A DNA stretch of 64,000 bases from Nitrobacter sp. (lineage in GTDB: Bacteria; Pseudomonadota; Alphaproteobacteria; Rhizobiales; Xanthobacteraceae). Shown one piece after another: positions 29,479-37,916 of the stretch; position 1 is the stretch's first letter; the number at the start of each line of letters is the position of its first letter. A model generated the notes under the pieces. That model did not search any database, was not told where the DNA came from, and worked only from the letters and a program-made list of their open reading frames with translations. The position numbers were made by a program, and so were the translations under genes. The stretch spans positions 67,417-131,416 of the forward strand of contig NZ_JBPPLY010000009.1 of assembly GCF_051535215.1 (NCBI RefSeq), given 5' to 3'.

Positions 29479-29490
29479 GTTGATATCAAC
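29479..29490. promoter_or_regulatory. Perfect palindrome GTTGATATCAAC in the divergent MarR/VOC promoter (candidate MarR operator)
   Basis: 12-bp perfect inverted repeat between the divergent starts at 29443 and 29553. Confidence 0.55.
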
Positions 29491-29552
29491 TTATATGGGT
29501 GGCCGTCAATCAACGTCGATGTCAGTCAGGGCCTATAGGCAAGGAGACAATC

Positions 29553-29996
29553 GTGAAGATCGTGACAAGCCTCAGCTTCCGTGGGCAGTGCCGCGAGGCA
29601 TTTGAATTCTACGCCAAGGTTCTCGGCGGGAAAATCAAGGCGGCCATACCCTATAGCGATGCGCCGCCGGGCATGCCGATTGCGGACGAATACAAGACCT
29701 GGCTGATGCACTGCTGGCTTGATGTCGGCGATCAGTCGCTGATGGGCGCCGATATGGACGTCAAATGGGCATCCAACATCGATAAGCCCAAGAACGGTTT
29801 CGACGTTACCCTGCATACCAAGGACATGACCGAGGCCCGGCGCTGGTTCGATCAACTATCCGAAGGCGGCAAGGCCGTCATGCCGTTCAGCGAGACTTTC
29901 TGGTCGCCCGGCTTCGGCACTTTGATAGACAAATTCGGCGTCCCCTGGATGATCAATGTCATTCCGTCCGCGGATTGGAAACCCAAGCAGGGCTGA
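29553..29996 (+). CDS. PhnB-like VOC-family protein
   Basis: GTG start after AAGGAG; 'LSFRGQCREAFEFY..VLGG', 'MPFSETFWSPGFG.L.DKFGVPWMIN'. Confidence 0.88.
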   Translation: MKIVTSLSFRGQCREAFEFYAKVLGGKIKAAIPYSDAPPGMPIADEYKTWLMHCWLDVGDQSLMGADMDVKWASNIDKPKNGFDVTLHTKDMTEARRWFDQLSEGGKAVMPFSETFWSPGFGTLIDKFGVPWMINVIPSADWKPKQG

Positions 29997-30000
29997 GCGC

Positions 30001-31230
30001 ATGCCGCGTCGGGCCAATCGCGTGGACAGTCACTATCGCTGGGTGATCGTCGCGGCTGGCGGCCTTCTGGGTTGCGTCGCGATCGGCGCCATGTTCTCGC
30101 TGCCTGTGTTCCTGCGGCCGATGTCGCAGGAAACAGGGTGGTCCGTCACCGGCATATCCACGACCATGACCATCGGTTTCCTCGCGATGGCGGTCGCCAG
30201 CATGGTGTGGGGCACTCTCTCCGACCGGTTCGGCCCGCGCCCGGTGGTGCTCGCGGGCTCGGTCGTGCTGGCGGCGAGCCTGGCGCTCGCCAGCCGGGCG
30301 GAATCGCTGATCGCGTTTCAGTTTCAGTTCGGCCTGTTGGTCGGTGCATCGACCGCCGCTATCCTCGCGCCCATGATGGCCTGCGTGACCGGCTGGTTCG
30401 ATACGCAGCGCGGTCTTGCCGTTTCGCTGGTCTCTGCTGGCATGGGCATGGCGCCGATGACCATGGCGCCGCTCGCGGCCTGGCTGATCTCGATCCACGA
30501 CTGGCGGAGTTCGATGTTGATCATCGCCGCTCTTGTCGCAGGGCTGATGATCCCGGCGGCGCTGCTGGTGCGCCGGCCGCCGGCGCTGGAGGGCGGAGGG
30601 GCGGCGATGACTACGGACGAGCCGCAATCAGACATGACGGTCAGGCAGGCGGTTCGTTCGCCGCAGTTCATCATCCTGATGCTGGCGAACTTCTTCTGCT
30701 GTGCCACCCATTCCGGTCCGATCTTCCACACCGTGAGCTATGCGGTGACCTGCGGAATACCGATGATCGCCGCGGTGTCGATCTACAGCGTCGAGGGTTT
30801 CTCCGGCATGCTCGGCCGCATCGGGTTCGGCGTCGCCGGAGACCGGTTCGGCGCCCAGCGCGTTCTGGTGATCGGACTGCTGGCGCAGGCGTTTGGCGTG
30901 CTCGCCTATGCTTTCGTCAGCGATCTCGATGGCTTCTATGCGGTGGCGCTTGTGGTCGGCTTCCTCTATGCCGGTACGATGCCGCTTTACGCCGTGATTA
31001 TCCGCGAGAATTTCCCGCTGCGGATGATGGGTACGATCATCGGCGGCACGGCGATGGCAGGCAGCCTCGGAATGTCGATCGGCCCGCTGCTGGGCGGGCT
31101 GGTCTATGACCATTTCGGCAGCTACGCACCGCTGTATGTCTGTTCGTGGGGCATGGGGCTCGTGGCCATGCTGATCCTGATGGCGTTCAGGCCGTTTCCG
31201 GGAAGGCAGCCGGAAATCGCTGTGGCGTAA
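30001..31230 (+). CDS. MFS transporter (OFA/MCT-like)
   Basis: About 12 TM segments; MFS loop motifs 'GTLSDRFGPR' and 'GVAGDRFGAQR'; 'WFDTQRGLAVSL'. Confidence 0.9.
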   Translation: MPRRANRVDSHYRWVIVAAGGLLGCVAIGAMFSLPVFLRPMSQETGWSVTGISTTMTIGFLAMAVASMVWGTLSDRFGPRPVVLAGSVVLAASLALASRAESLIAFQFQFGLLVGASTAAILAPMMACVTGWFDTQRGLAVSLVSAGMGMAPMTMAPLAAWLISIHDWRSSMLIIAALVAGLMIPAALLVRRPPALEGGGAAMTTDEPQSDMTVRQAVRSPQFIILMLANFFCCATHSGPIFHTVSYAVTCGIPMIAAVSIYSVEGFSGMLGRIGFGVAGDRFGAQRVLVIGLLAQAFGVLAYAFVSDLDGFYAVALVVGFLYAGTMPLYAVIIRENFPLRMMGTIIGGTAMAGSLGMSIGPLLGGLVYDHFGSYAPLYVCSWGMGLVAMLILMAFRPFPGRQPEIAVA

Positions 31231-31318
31231 GTCCGGTACGCACGCCGATGTCAGCCCGAGGGTGCTCGCGCGAAAACGCGATAGCGTTCGGACCAGCGCG
31301 GAAACCCTCTCATTGAAA

Positions 31319-32506
31319 TCAATCGGCCGGTGGCGTCACCAGCGGCTGCACGGTTTTCAGCATCGCCACCAACTGACTTTGCTTGCGGGCGCCGGTCTTG
31401 CGGAAGATGCGTTCGAGATATGTGCGCGCGGTTTTGGTCGTCACGCCGTTCTTGCTGGCGCACTCCGTAAGCGTCAGTCCGCTGGCGAGGTCCGCCGCCA
31501 CCCGCGTCTCCGTCGGGGTCAGATCGAACAGGGCATTGAGAAGACTGGCGGAGGGCACCAGCGCGGTAGGGGTGATCGGAGTGGCGATAATAAGCGTATC
31601 GGCACCGCCGAAGATGTCGTGCGCGGCCCGCCGCAGCGGCAGCAGGTGAACGACGAACGCGGCCTTGCCGCCGATAGCCGGCACTGGAATCGAGCCGACC
31701 GCCGTTTCGTTCTGCATCCGCGTCACCGCCTCCTGAAACAGCCGGTTGGCGTCGCGGTCGGCGATCGCCAGTCCGCCATGGGCAACCGGCAGAAGCGCCG
31801 CGTCCATCCGTTCGAGGTAGGAATTCGCCGCTATCACCCGTCCGTTGGTTGAAAGCACCGCGGCCGGAAGTCCCATCAGTTCAAGCGCGGATGTGGTCGC
31901 CTCGGCCCGCTCGAGATGCAGCCGCCCGGCGACCAGACTGGCGCGGGCCAGATGCGGCCGCAATGCATCGAGTTGCGCGATCTCCTTCTGGCGGTACGTC
32001 CCGTCCTTCATCCATTTCTGAAACACGAAGGTGGCAAGCTCGCCGGTCGGCATGGCGATGGCCGAGCAGAGATGGGCGCCGATCCCGAACTCGCGCAACA
32101 TGACGCGTGCCGGATCGCGGGCGATTTCCTCCGCGCTCATGTAGTCGTCGACCGGAATGAAGCTCGCAGGCTGGAGAGCGCAGGTCTTCTGCACACTGTC
32201 GGAGAATTTCCACATGTCGCCCGTGATGAACTTGTCGAACAAGGCTTTCATGTTCTCCAGCGTCACGCCGCGCGGCGGAGTGGTTTCGTTGAAGAAAAAC
32301 AGTTGTGCGCTGGCGGAGGCGGACAGGTCGCAGGCCTCCTGAAGCACGGAATACCAGCGAATCGGCACGAATGCTGCCTCGTAGATCAGGTCGACAAGGT
32401 CGATCATGGCTGGCGGCGGCTCAATGGGTGCGGAGAGGGCGGAGCAACCTCCGCCGCGGACAGAGGCCACTATCCGATGGCTGCCGATAATCTCAAGTTG
32501 GCTCAT
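31319..32506 (-). CDS. LuxR-type HTH regulator with N-terminal GAF/PAS-like sensing region
   Basis: C-terminal 'FDLTPTETRVAADLASGLTLTECA...TARTYLERIFRKTGARKQSQLV'; N-terminal 'LVDLIYEAAF.P..W'. Start could be 32407. Confidence 0.85.
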   Translation of the reverse strand: MSQLEIIGSHRIVASVRGGGCSALSAPIEPPPAMIDLVDLIYEAAFVPIRWYSVLQEACDLSASASAQLFFFNETTPPRGVTLENMKALFDKFITGDMWKFSDSVQKTCALQPASFIPVDDYMSAEEIARDPARVMLREFGIGAHLCSAIAMPTGELATFVFQKWMKDGTYRQKEIAQLDALRPHLARASLVAGRLHLERAEATTSALELMGLPAAVLSTNGRVIAANSYLERMDAALLPVAHGGLAIADRDANRLFQEAVTRMQNETAVGSIPVPAIGGKAAFVVHLLPLRRAAHDIFGGADTLIIATPITPTALVPSASLLNALFDLTPTETRVAADLASGLTLTECASKNGVTTKTARTYLERIFRKTGARKQSQLVAMLKTVQPLVTPPAD

Positions 32507-32775
32507 TGCCGCACGTCCTTGTCTCGCGGACTCGATATCTTTCGGGGTCACCGATGATCACAAGCTTCTCTGTATGGCGCTCATACGGGCGACGCGGCAG
32601 AGGGTCGTCAGCGCGCGCGGCAGCGATGCGGAGCCTGTTGTGCTCCAGTCACAGCAGCGAAAAACCGGATTCGAACCATTGGGATATTTGCCGATCAGTC
32701 GTCATTTGACGACTGGCCGCAGCCGGCCGTACGGCGGCAATCTGCTGCACGGGAGCAGAAAAGTGAGGAATAATC

Positions 32776-33318
32776 ATGTCCATTTTATTGAAAGCATTTC
32801 GGCTGGCGGCAATTTCAGGATTTCTGGCGGGATCGATCATTGCGACAGCCCCGTCGGCTTCAGCCTTCAGCCTCAACCCCGTTAAGGCCGCAAAAAGCAT
32901 CGGGAAGGTGGCCGGGGGTGCCGTAAAGGGCGTCGGGAAGGTGGCCGGGGATGCCGCAAAGGGCGTCGGGAAGGCTGCAGGCGGAGTAGCCAAGGGCGTC
33001 GGCAAAGTAGCAGGCGGCGCGGTGAAAGTTGTCGGGAACGTCGCCGCCCACACAAGCGGAAAGATTGCGATGGGTGCAATCCGCGCCGGCCAGAAGACCG
33101 TCAAGGTCACCGGCAGAGCCGTCGTTTCCGGGGGCAAGACTTTGGGGAAAGGTGTCAAGACGGCAGCGAACAGCGCCAAGAAGCCACTCGGGGTGATTGG
33201 GCGGAACGCATTGCTGGCGACGCCCGCTGCTCCGGCGATCATGGCCAAACGGGCGGCCGATACTGCCAGACATGGTCCGCGTGCCAGCAGTTTCATGCCG
33301 ACGCTGATCAGGAGATAG
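32776..33318 (+). CDS. Exported, highly cationic Gly/Ala/Val/Lys protein with 11-residue tandem repeats (unknown function)
   Basis: RBS GAGGAA, Sec signal ending ASA, repeats of K(G/S)VGKVAGGA(V/A); about 27 K/R against 2 D and no E in the mature part. Confidence 0.75.
   Translation: MSILLKAFRLAAISGFLAGSIIATAPSASAFSLNPVKAAKSIGKVAGGAVKGVGKVAGDAAKGVGKAAGGVAKGVGKVAGGAVKVVGNVAAHTSGKIAMGAIRAGQKTVKVTGRAVVSGGKTLGKGVKTAANSAKKPLGVIGRNALLATPAAPAIMAKRAADTARHGPRASSFMPTLIRR
32893..33057 (+). repeat. Five degenerate 33-bp coding tandem repeats
   Basis: Units start at 32893, 32926, 32959, 32992 and 33025 (aagggcgtcgggaaggtggccggg...). Confidence 0.85.
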
Positions 33319-33373
33319 AGACATAAATCGACGTCTCATTATTTCATTTCTGGATCGAATCCGGAGAAGTCCC

Positions 33374-33967
33374 ATGAAGAGAAACGTCAAACGGACCGTT
33401 GCGGTCATGGTGATGGGCTTGTTCGGAGCCTCCCTTGCCGCCACGACGGATTTCGCTGCAGCGCAGAACCGCATCAATGCGGGGCCTGTCGCGCAAATGC
33501 ACGGCGGCAAGGCGTTTCTGAAGCCGGCGACCAGGTTGCAAGGCATGCGGTCGCAGCTCCAGCGTAATGAGGCTGCCAAAATGCAGCCTCTGACGCCGGG
33601 GCTAGACAAAACGCGCGCAAGCGCGGCTACGCAGAACAGGCAGGCGGTGAATCCGCAACTCAACAAACTTCAATCGATGCAGCAGCAGCTTAACAGCAAT
33701 GCCAACAAGGCGCTGAACCCGCAGCCTCTGCCGCCGGGGCCAGACAAAACGCGCGCAAGCGCGGCTGCGCAGAACAGGCAGGCGGTGAATTCGCAACTCA
33801 ACAAACTTCAATCGACGCAGCAGCAGCTCAACGGCAATGCATTCAACAGCAACGAAAAGAGGCTTCAACAGGCGCAGAGTCGCGCCGATAAAACAAGATC
33901 AATGATCGGCAAGCTTCAATCATCGCAGCAGCAGATCAACAGAAATATCATCGGTAACATGCGCTGA
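33374..33967 (+). CDS. Exported Gln/Asn-rich repeat protein (unknown function)
   Basis: RBS GGAGAA, Sec signal ending AAA; about 29% Q+N in the mature part; repeats 'DKTR...KLQSxQQQ(L/I)NxN' x3; contains 'LNPQPLPPG'. Confidence 0.78.
   Translation: MKRNVKRTVAVMVMGLFGASLAATTDFAAAQNRINAGPVAQMHGGKAFLKPATRLQGMRSQLQRNEAAKMQPLTPGLDKTRASAATQNRQAVNPQLNKLQSMQQQLNSNANKALNPQPLPPGPDKTRASAAAQNRQAVNSQLNKLQSTQQQLNGNAFNSNEKRLQQAQSRADKTRSMIGKLQSSQQQINRNIIGNMR
33583..33843 (+). repeat. 138-bp near-identical tandem duplication (46 aa) in the Q/N-rich gene
   Basis: 'gcagcctctg(a/c)cgccggggc(t/c)agacaaaacgcgcgcaagcgcggct' starts at 33583 and again at 33721. Confidence 0.9.
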
Positions 33968-34010
33968 ACTGAGAGTTAGCGCGCGACTGATTGATCAGAT
34001 GGGGTGGGGA

Positions 34011-36092
34011 ATGGATCGTCGGGAAGCATGCGCCGGCCGCGGGTTGGCGCGGTCGGCTTGGTGTGCGTCGGTTGCTGTTTGGGGCGTGTTTTGGCTGGCG
34101 CAGTTGGATTCAGTGGCGCAGTCGGCCGATATGGCGCTGAAGGCACCTCCGGCTGAAGAGGCCCAGAGCTATCCAGCCTATGGCTGGGCGGGGTGTTATG
34201 TCGGCGCCGGGATGGGGGTCGCGTCTTCGCGTTCCGATTGGGTTTATCGCAACAGCAATCCCTATACCTCCACCGGCAATCTTGATCCGCAGTTGATTGA
34301 CGGTGCCGATTTCAAGGATCGCCGCGGCATCGTCGGCGCACAGGTCGGCTGCAATACGATGGTCTCGGGACCATGGCTTGTCGGCGCCGAACTGTCCTGG
34401 ATGAGCAATCCGCTTCGCCAGGAGAAGAACAACAACTTCGATCCGGCGCAGGGCCAGGCCTTTGTCCCGCTGGAAACCTTCGTCACGACCGACATTCAAT
34501 CCGTCTTCAACCTGACGGCGCGGCTCGGCTATGCCGTCAACGACAACTGGCTGCTGTATATGAAGGGCGGTTACGCCCTTGGCCAGATCCAGACTTCGGG
34601 ATACCTCACGCCGAATTTCGGGATTTTCGACTGGAGCGACACGCGCTGGCACAACGGCTGGACGGTCGGGGCGGGTCTCGAATACCGGCTCTTTCGCAAT
34701 ATCACGGTCGGCGCCGAATACGCCTACACGCGGTTCGAGGGGAAGGATCATGTCGGCCGGCACGAGGTTATCGACACCACCCTCAATGTGCCGGCCAACC
34801 CGGTCGTTCACGGCGTGAGCGCCGACATGCACACGGTGATGGCGCGGGTCAATTTCGGCCTGAGCGATCCTGTCGGCACGCTGGAAAGCCCGCAGCAGGA
34901 TCCGGGCCTTCCGGGTACGTGGTCGGCCTTCATGAGTACCGGTCCGCACTATTCGGCCTGGACCGGCACGCGCGGCGTGAACGTGTTCGCGCCCGATCGC
35001 GGCAAGGGCTATCAGGTTTACACGCCGACGCTGATCGGCATCGACTACGATGATTCCTCCTCAATGAAACTCGAAACTCGTTTCAAGGGCGGTCATGTCT
35101 ACGCGCGGCACGAAACGGCGGGACAGCAGGCGACCTACAACGGTCCGATCGATTCCGAGGCCTCGGTTACTGCGACGCTCCAGAACTTCGAAACGTTTCA
35201 GCCGACGTTTGGCGTCGCCCTCAATATCCCGACCGGCACGTCGTATCTCCCGAACAACCAGCGTTTCGCGCGCATGGATCCCGACCTCGTCGACATCGGA
35301 AGTTATGGCGCCGGCTTCAACGTCAATCCGACGGCGGGGCTGGTTTTCGGCCTGAATGAAAATACCGCACTGTCGGTTTCGGGCGGCTATGCCTGGCAGG
35401 GCAGTTTCATGAGGGAGGGAATAGATCCGTCCGCCGCGACGGGGTTCGGCGTTTTCAACCTCAAGAACCAGATCGATCCGGGCAGCGTCTTTACAGCCAA
35501 CGCCAATCTGAAGACGCAGATCGACAACCTCGCACTTGAGGGATCGTTTGCGTATATGTCGGAAACGGTCGTGAAGGTCGATGGCGTCGCCAACGGCAAG
35601 GCCGGCGATCGTTATGTGAGCAACCTCGTCGCGCAATATCAGTTCGATCCGCAATGGGCGCTGGTGATGAGCGTGTCGCATACATTCCAGGAAAAGAACC
35701 AGATCCCCGGGATCTTCGCTCCTCTTGTGGTGGAGCGGCGCAATTCCAACAGCCATCTCGTGATCGGCTCGGTCGAGCCGTCCTTTCTGATCACCGAACA
35801 GCTGAAGCTCGCGGCGAATTACAGCTTCCTCTACCGTTCGGATAATTTCTACGATCAGATCAATGCTGAATTCATTCCGGCAAAAACCAAGCACTCGGTT
35901 GGTGGGAGCGCGACCTATACGGTCTCGCCGCACGCCTCGATCGAGTTGAAGGGAGGTTATTCCTGGGTGCGTCAGGACACCGGCGCGTTCCTCGAAACCT
36001 CGACCGTTCCGGCGGAAGTACGAGAATATCTTCCGCCGCAGCTAAGTTACCGCGCCTGGACGACCGCGCTGACAGCGAACCTGCAATTCTGA
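34011..36092 (+). CDS. Two-domain outer-membrane protein: Omp25/RopB-like barrel fused to a second beta-barrel
   Basis: Signal then 'ADMALKAPP', 'WAGCYVGAG', 'GAQVGCN', 'ARLGYA...LLYMKGG', 'GWTVGAGLEY', 'TVMARVNF'; Pro-rich linker; about 390 aa of amphipathic strands ending 'ALTANLQF'. Start could be 33999. Confidence 0.8.
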   Translation: MDRREACAGRGLARSAWCASVAVWGVFWLAQLDSVAQSADMALKAPPAEEAQSYPAYGWAGCYVGAGMGVASSRSDWVYRNSNPYTSTGNLDPQLIDGADFKDRRGIVGAQVGCNTMVSGPWLVGAELSWMSNPLRQEKNNNFDPAQGQAFVPLETFVTTDIQSVFNLTARLGYAVNDNWLLYMKGGYALGQIQTSGYLTPNFGIFDWSDTRWHNGWTVGAGLEYRLFRNITVGAEYAYTRFEGKDHVGRHEVIDTTLNVPANPVVHGVSADMHTVMARVNFGLSDPVGTLESPQQDPGLPGTWSAFMSTGPHYSAWTGTRGVNVFAPDRGKGYQVYTPTLIGIDYDDSSSMKLETRFKGGHVYARHETAGQQATYNGPIDSEASVTATLQNFETFQPTFGVALNIPTGTSYLPNNQRFARMDPDLVDIGSYGAGFNVNPTAGLVFGLNENTALSVSGGYAWQGSFMREGIDPSAATGFGVFNLKNQIDPGSVFTANANLKTQIDNLALEGSFAYMSETVVKVDGVANGKAGDRYVSNLVAQYQFDPQWALVMSVSHTFQEKNQIPGIFAPLVVERRNSNSHLVIGSVEPSFLITEQLKLAANYSFLYRSDNFYDQINAEFIPAKTKHSVGGSATYTVSPHASIELKGGYSWVRQDTGAFLETSTVPAEVREYLPPQLSYRAWTTALTANLQF

Positions 36093-36103
36093 GAGGATAG
36101 AAA

Positions 36104-36472
36104 ATGCGCTACGCGATCGCTATCACCTCGGCGGCATGCGGGGGACTGATGTGGGCGTTCACTGCAGGCGCCTTTGCGAAACCCGCACAACCTGCGCCCG
36201 CCTCGCCCCAAAGGGCCGTCCAGGCGCCAAAACCGCCTCAGCGCTGCCTGCGCGCACTCGATGGCAGCTGTACCAAACTGGCGGTCGTCGAATCCGTGCG
36301 GCGGCGTGCGATAATTTTCTCGACGTTGCGCGTGTCCTATTACGGCACCCCGGCGGGAACGATACCGGGAGGCATCGGGATCGAGCGTTTCTTCCGCGAT
36401 GATCCCATCCTGTTCGGGCTGCCGACGGTCGTTTACGGTCCGGGACCCTGCTGTATCCTGCGAACCAGATGA
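36104..36472 (+). CDS. Small exported protein with Pro-rich linker and four Cys in the mature part (unknown function)
   Basis: RBS GAGGA 11 nt after the OMP stop; Sec signal ending AFA; 'CLRALDGSC' and 'PCCIL'. Confidence 0.65.
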   Translation: MRYAIAITSAACGGLMWAFTAGAFAKPAQPAPASPQRAVQAPKPPQRCLRALDGSCTKLAVVESVRRRAIIFSTLRVSYYGTPAGTIPGGIGIERFFRDDPILFGLPTVVYGPGPCCILRTR

Positions 36473-36514
36473 TCACGCGGAGAAAAGCCCTCTGCTTTCA
36501 TCCTGTCCGACGGT

Positions 36515-37525
36515 TCAGTGCGACCGCGCAAGGCAGAACGCTACGACCTGCTCCAGCGCGCTCTTCATCGGCGACGGCGGAAACAGCGCCAGCGCATCGA
36601 CCGCCATCGCGCCGTAGTGCTGGGCGCGGTTGAGGGTATCCTCGAGCGCGCGATGCTTGGTCATCAATCCGATGGCGTGATTGAGATCGTTGTCGCCGAT
36701 CTCGCCTTCCTCGAGCGCTCGCACCCAGAATTCGCGCTCGGTATCGTTGCCGCGGCGGAACGCCAGCACCACCGGCAGCGTGATCTTGCCCTCGCGGAAA
36801 TCGTCGCCGACGTTCTTGCCGAGCTTTGCCGACTTGCCTCCGTAATCGAGCACGTCGTCGACGAGCTGGAAGGCGATCCCGAGGTTCATGCCGAAGGAGG
36901 CCGCCGCCGTCTCTTCGGCTTTCGGACGTCCGCCAAGTACCGGGCCCACTTCGCAGGCGGCGGCGAACAGCTCGGCGGTCTTGCCACGAATGACCGCGAG
37001 GTATTCATCTTCGGTGGTGGCGGTGTTCTTCGCCGCCGCGAGCTGCATGACCTCGCCTTCGGCAATGGTGGCGGCAGCCGATGACAGGATGTCGAGCGCG
37101 CGCAGCGAGCCGACTTCGACCATCATGCGAAACGCCTGCCCGAGCAGGAAGTCGCCGACCAGAACGCTGGCTTCGTTGCCCCACACCATGCGCGCCGACA
37201 GCTTGCCGCGGCGCAGTTCGCTCTCGTCGACCACGTCGTCGTGGAGCAGGGTCGCGGTGTGCATGAATTCCACGGAGGCTGCGAGCTTGACGTGACCCTC
37301 GCCGGAATAGCCGGCGAGGTGGGCCATCGCCAGCGTCAGCATCGGGCGCAGCCGTTTGCCGCCGGACGAGATCAGGTGGTTCGCGACCTCCGGGATCATC
37401 GTGACGTCCGATCCGGTCCGCGACAGGATGGTGGCGTTGACGCGTTCCATGTCGGCGGCGACGAGCTCGACGAGCTGGTCAACGGAGCCTGTCGAGTGGC
37501 TTTCGAATGGGACAATGACCGCCAA
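36515..37525 (-). CDS. ispB: Polyprenyl (octaprenyl/decaprenyl) diphosphate synthase
   Basis: 'SSGGKRLRPML', FARM 'LLHDDVVDES.LRRG', SARM 'FQLVDDVLDY', 'GDDFREGKITLP'. TTG start inferred. Confidence 0.93.
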   Translation of the reverse strand: MAVIVPFESHSTGSVDQLVELVAADMERVNATILSRTGSDVTMIPEVANHLISSGGKRLRPMLTLAMAHLAGYSGEGHVKLAASVEFMHTATLLHDDVVDESELRRGKLSARMVWGNEASVLVGDFLLGQAFRMMVEVGSLRALDILSSAAATIAEGEVMQLAAAKNTATTEDEYLAVIRGKTAELFAAACEVGPVLGGRPKAEETAAASFGMNLGIAFQLVDDVLDYGGKSAKLGKNVGDDFREGKITLPVVLAFRRGNDTEREFWVRALEEGEIGDNDLNHAIGLMTKHRALEDTLNRAQHYGAMAVDALALFPPSPMKSALEQVVAFCLARSH

Positions 37526-37679
37526 GCTGGGGATCTCCGAATTACTCTGTCCGCGCCATTTGCGGCTGTTACAATAGAAAGTGGCGGTTGGCGCGGCAAG
37601 CGCAGGTAGTTGTTGACATGTAGCGGTTGACATGGGCCACAGGGCCGTGAAGCTGCGCGAGGCGCGGGAGAATGCGGGA

Positions 37680-37916
37680 TTGCGCGAACTGGTCCGAACC
37701 AACGACGTGGTGCTGGTGTCGGCGGTCAGCGCGCTGCTGGATGGCGCCGACCTCCATTACCTGGTGCTGGACCAGAACATGAGCGTGATCGAGGGGTCGC
37801 TCGGCATCCTGCCGCGCCGCATTCTGGTGCATGACGAGGACAACGCCGAGGCACGCCGGCTTCTCGTCGAAGCGGGGCTGGGCCACGAATTGCGGCCCGA
37901 CGATGCCGGACGATGA
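37680..37916 (+). CDS. DUF2007-type small protein
   Basis: 'RELVRTNDVVLVSAV.ALL', 'DQNMSVIEGSLGILPRRILV'; the usual neighbour of ispB and the methyltransferase in Rhizobiales. Confidence 0.8.
   Translation: MRELVRTNDVVLVSAVSALLDGADLHYLVLDQNMSVIEGSLGILPRRILVHDEDNAEARRLLVEAGLGHELRPDDAGR

Noticed and set aside
32649-33296. 215-aa antisense ORF with Pro/Thr/Ala/Phe repeats
   Set aside because: It is the reverse-strand shadow of the 33-bp repeats; the plus-strand ORF has the RBS, signal peptide and operon context.
32893-33843. Tandem repeats as a possible CRISPR array
   Set aside because: No unique spacers, periods are multiples of 3 inside ORFs, and there are no cas genes.
31231-36514. Integrative or mobile element boundaries around the exported-protein operon
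   Set aside because: No integrase, transposase, tRNA or flanking direct repeat found by eye; GC shift is slight.
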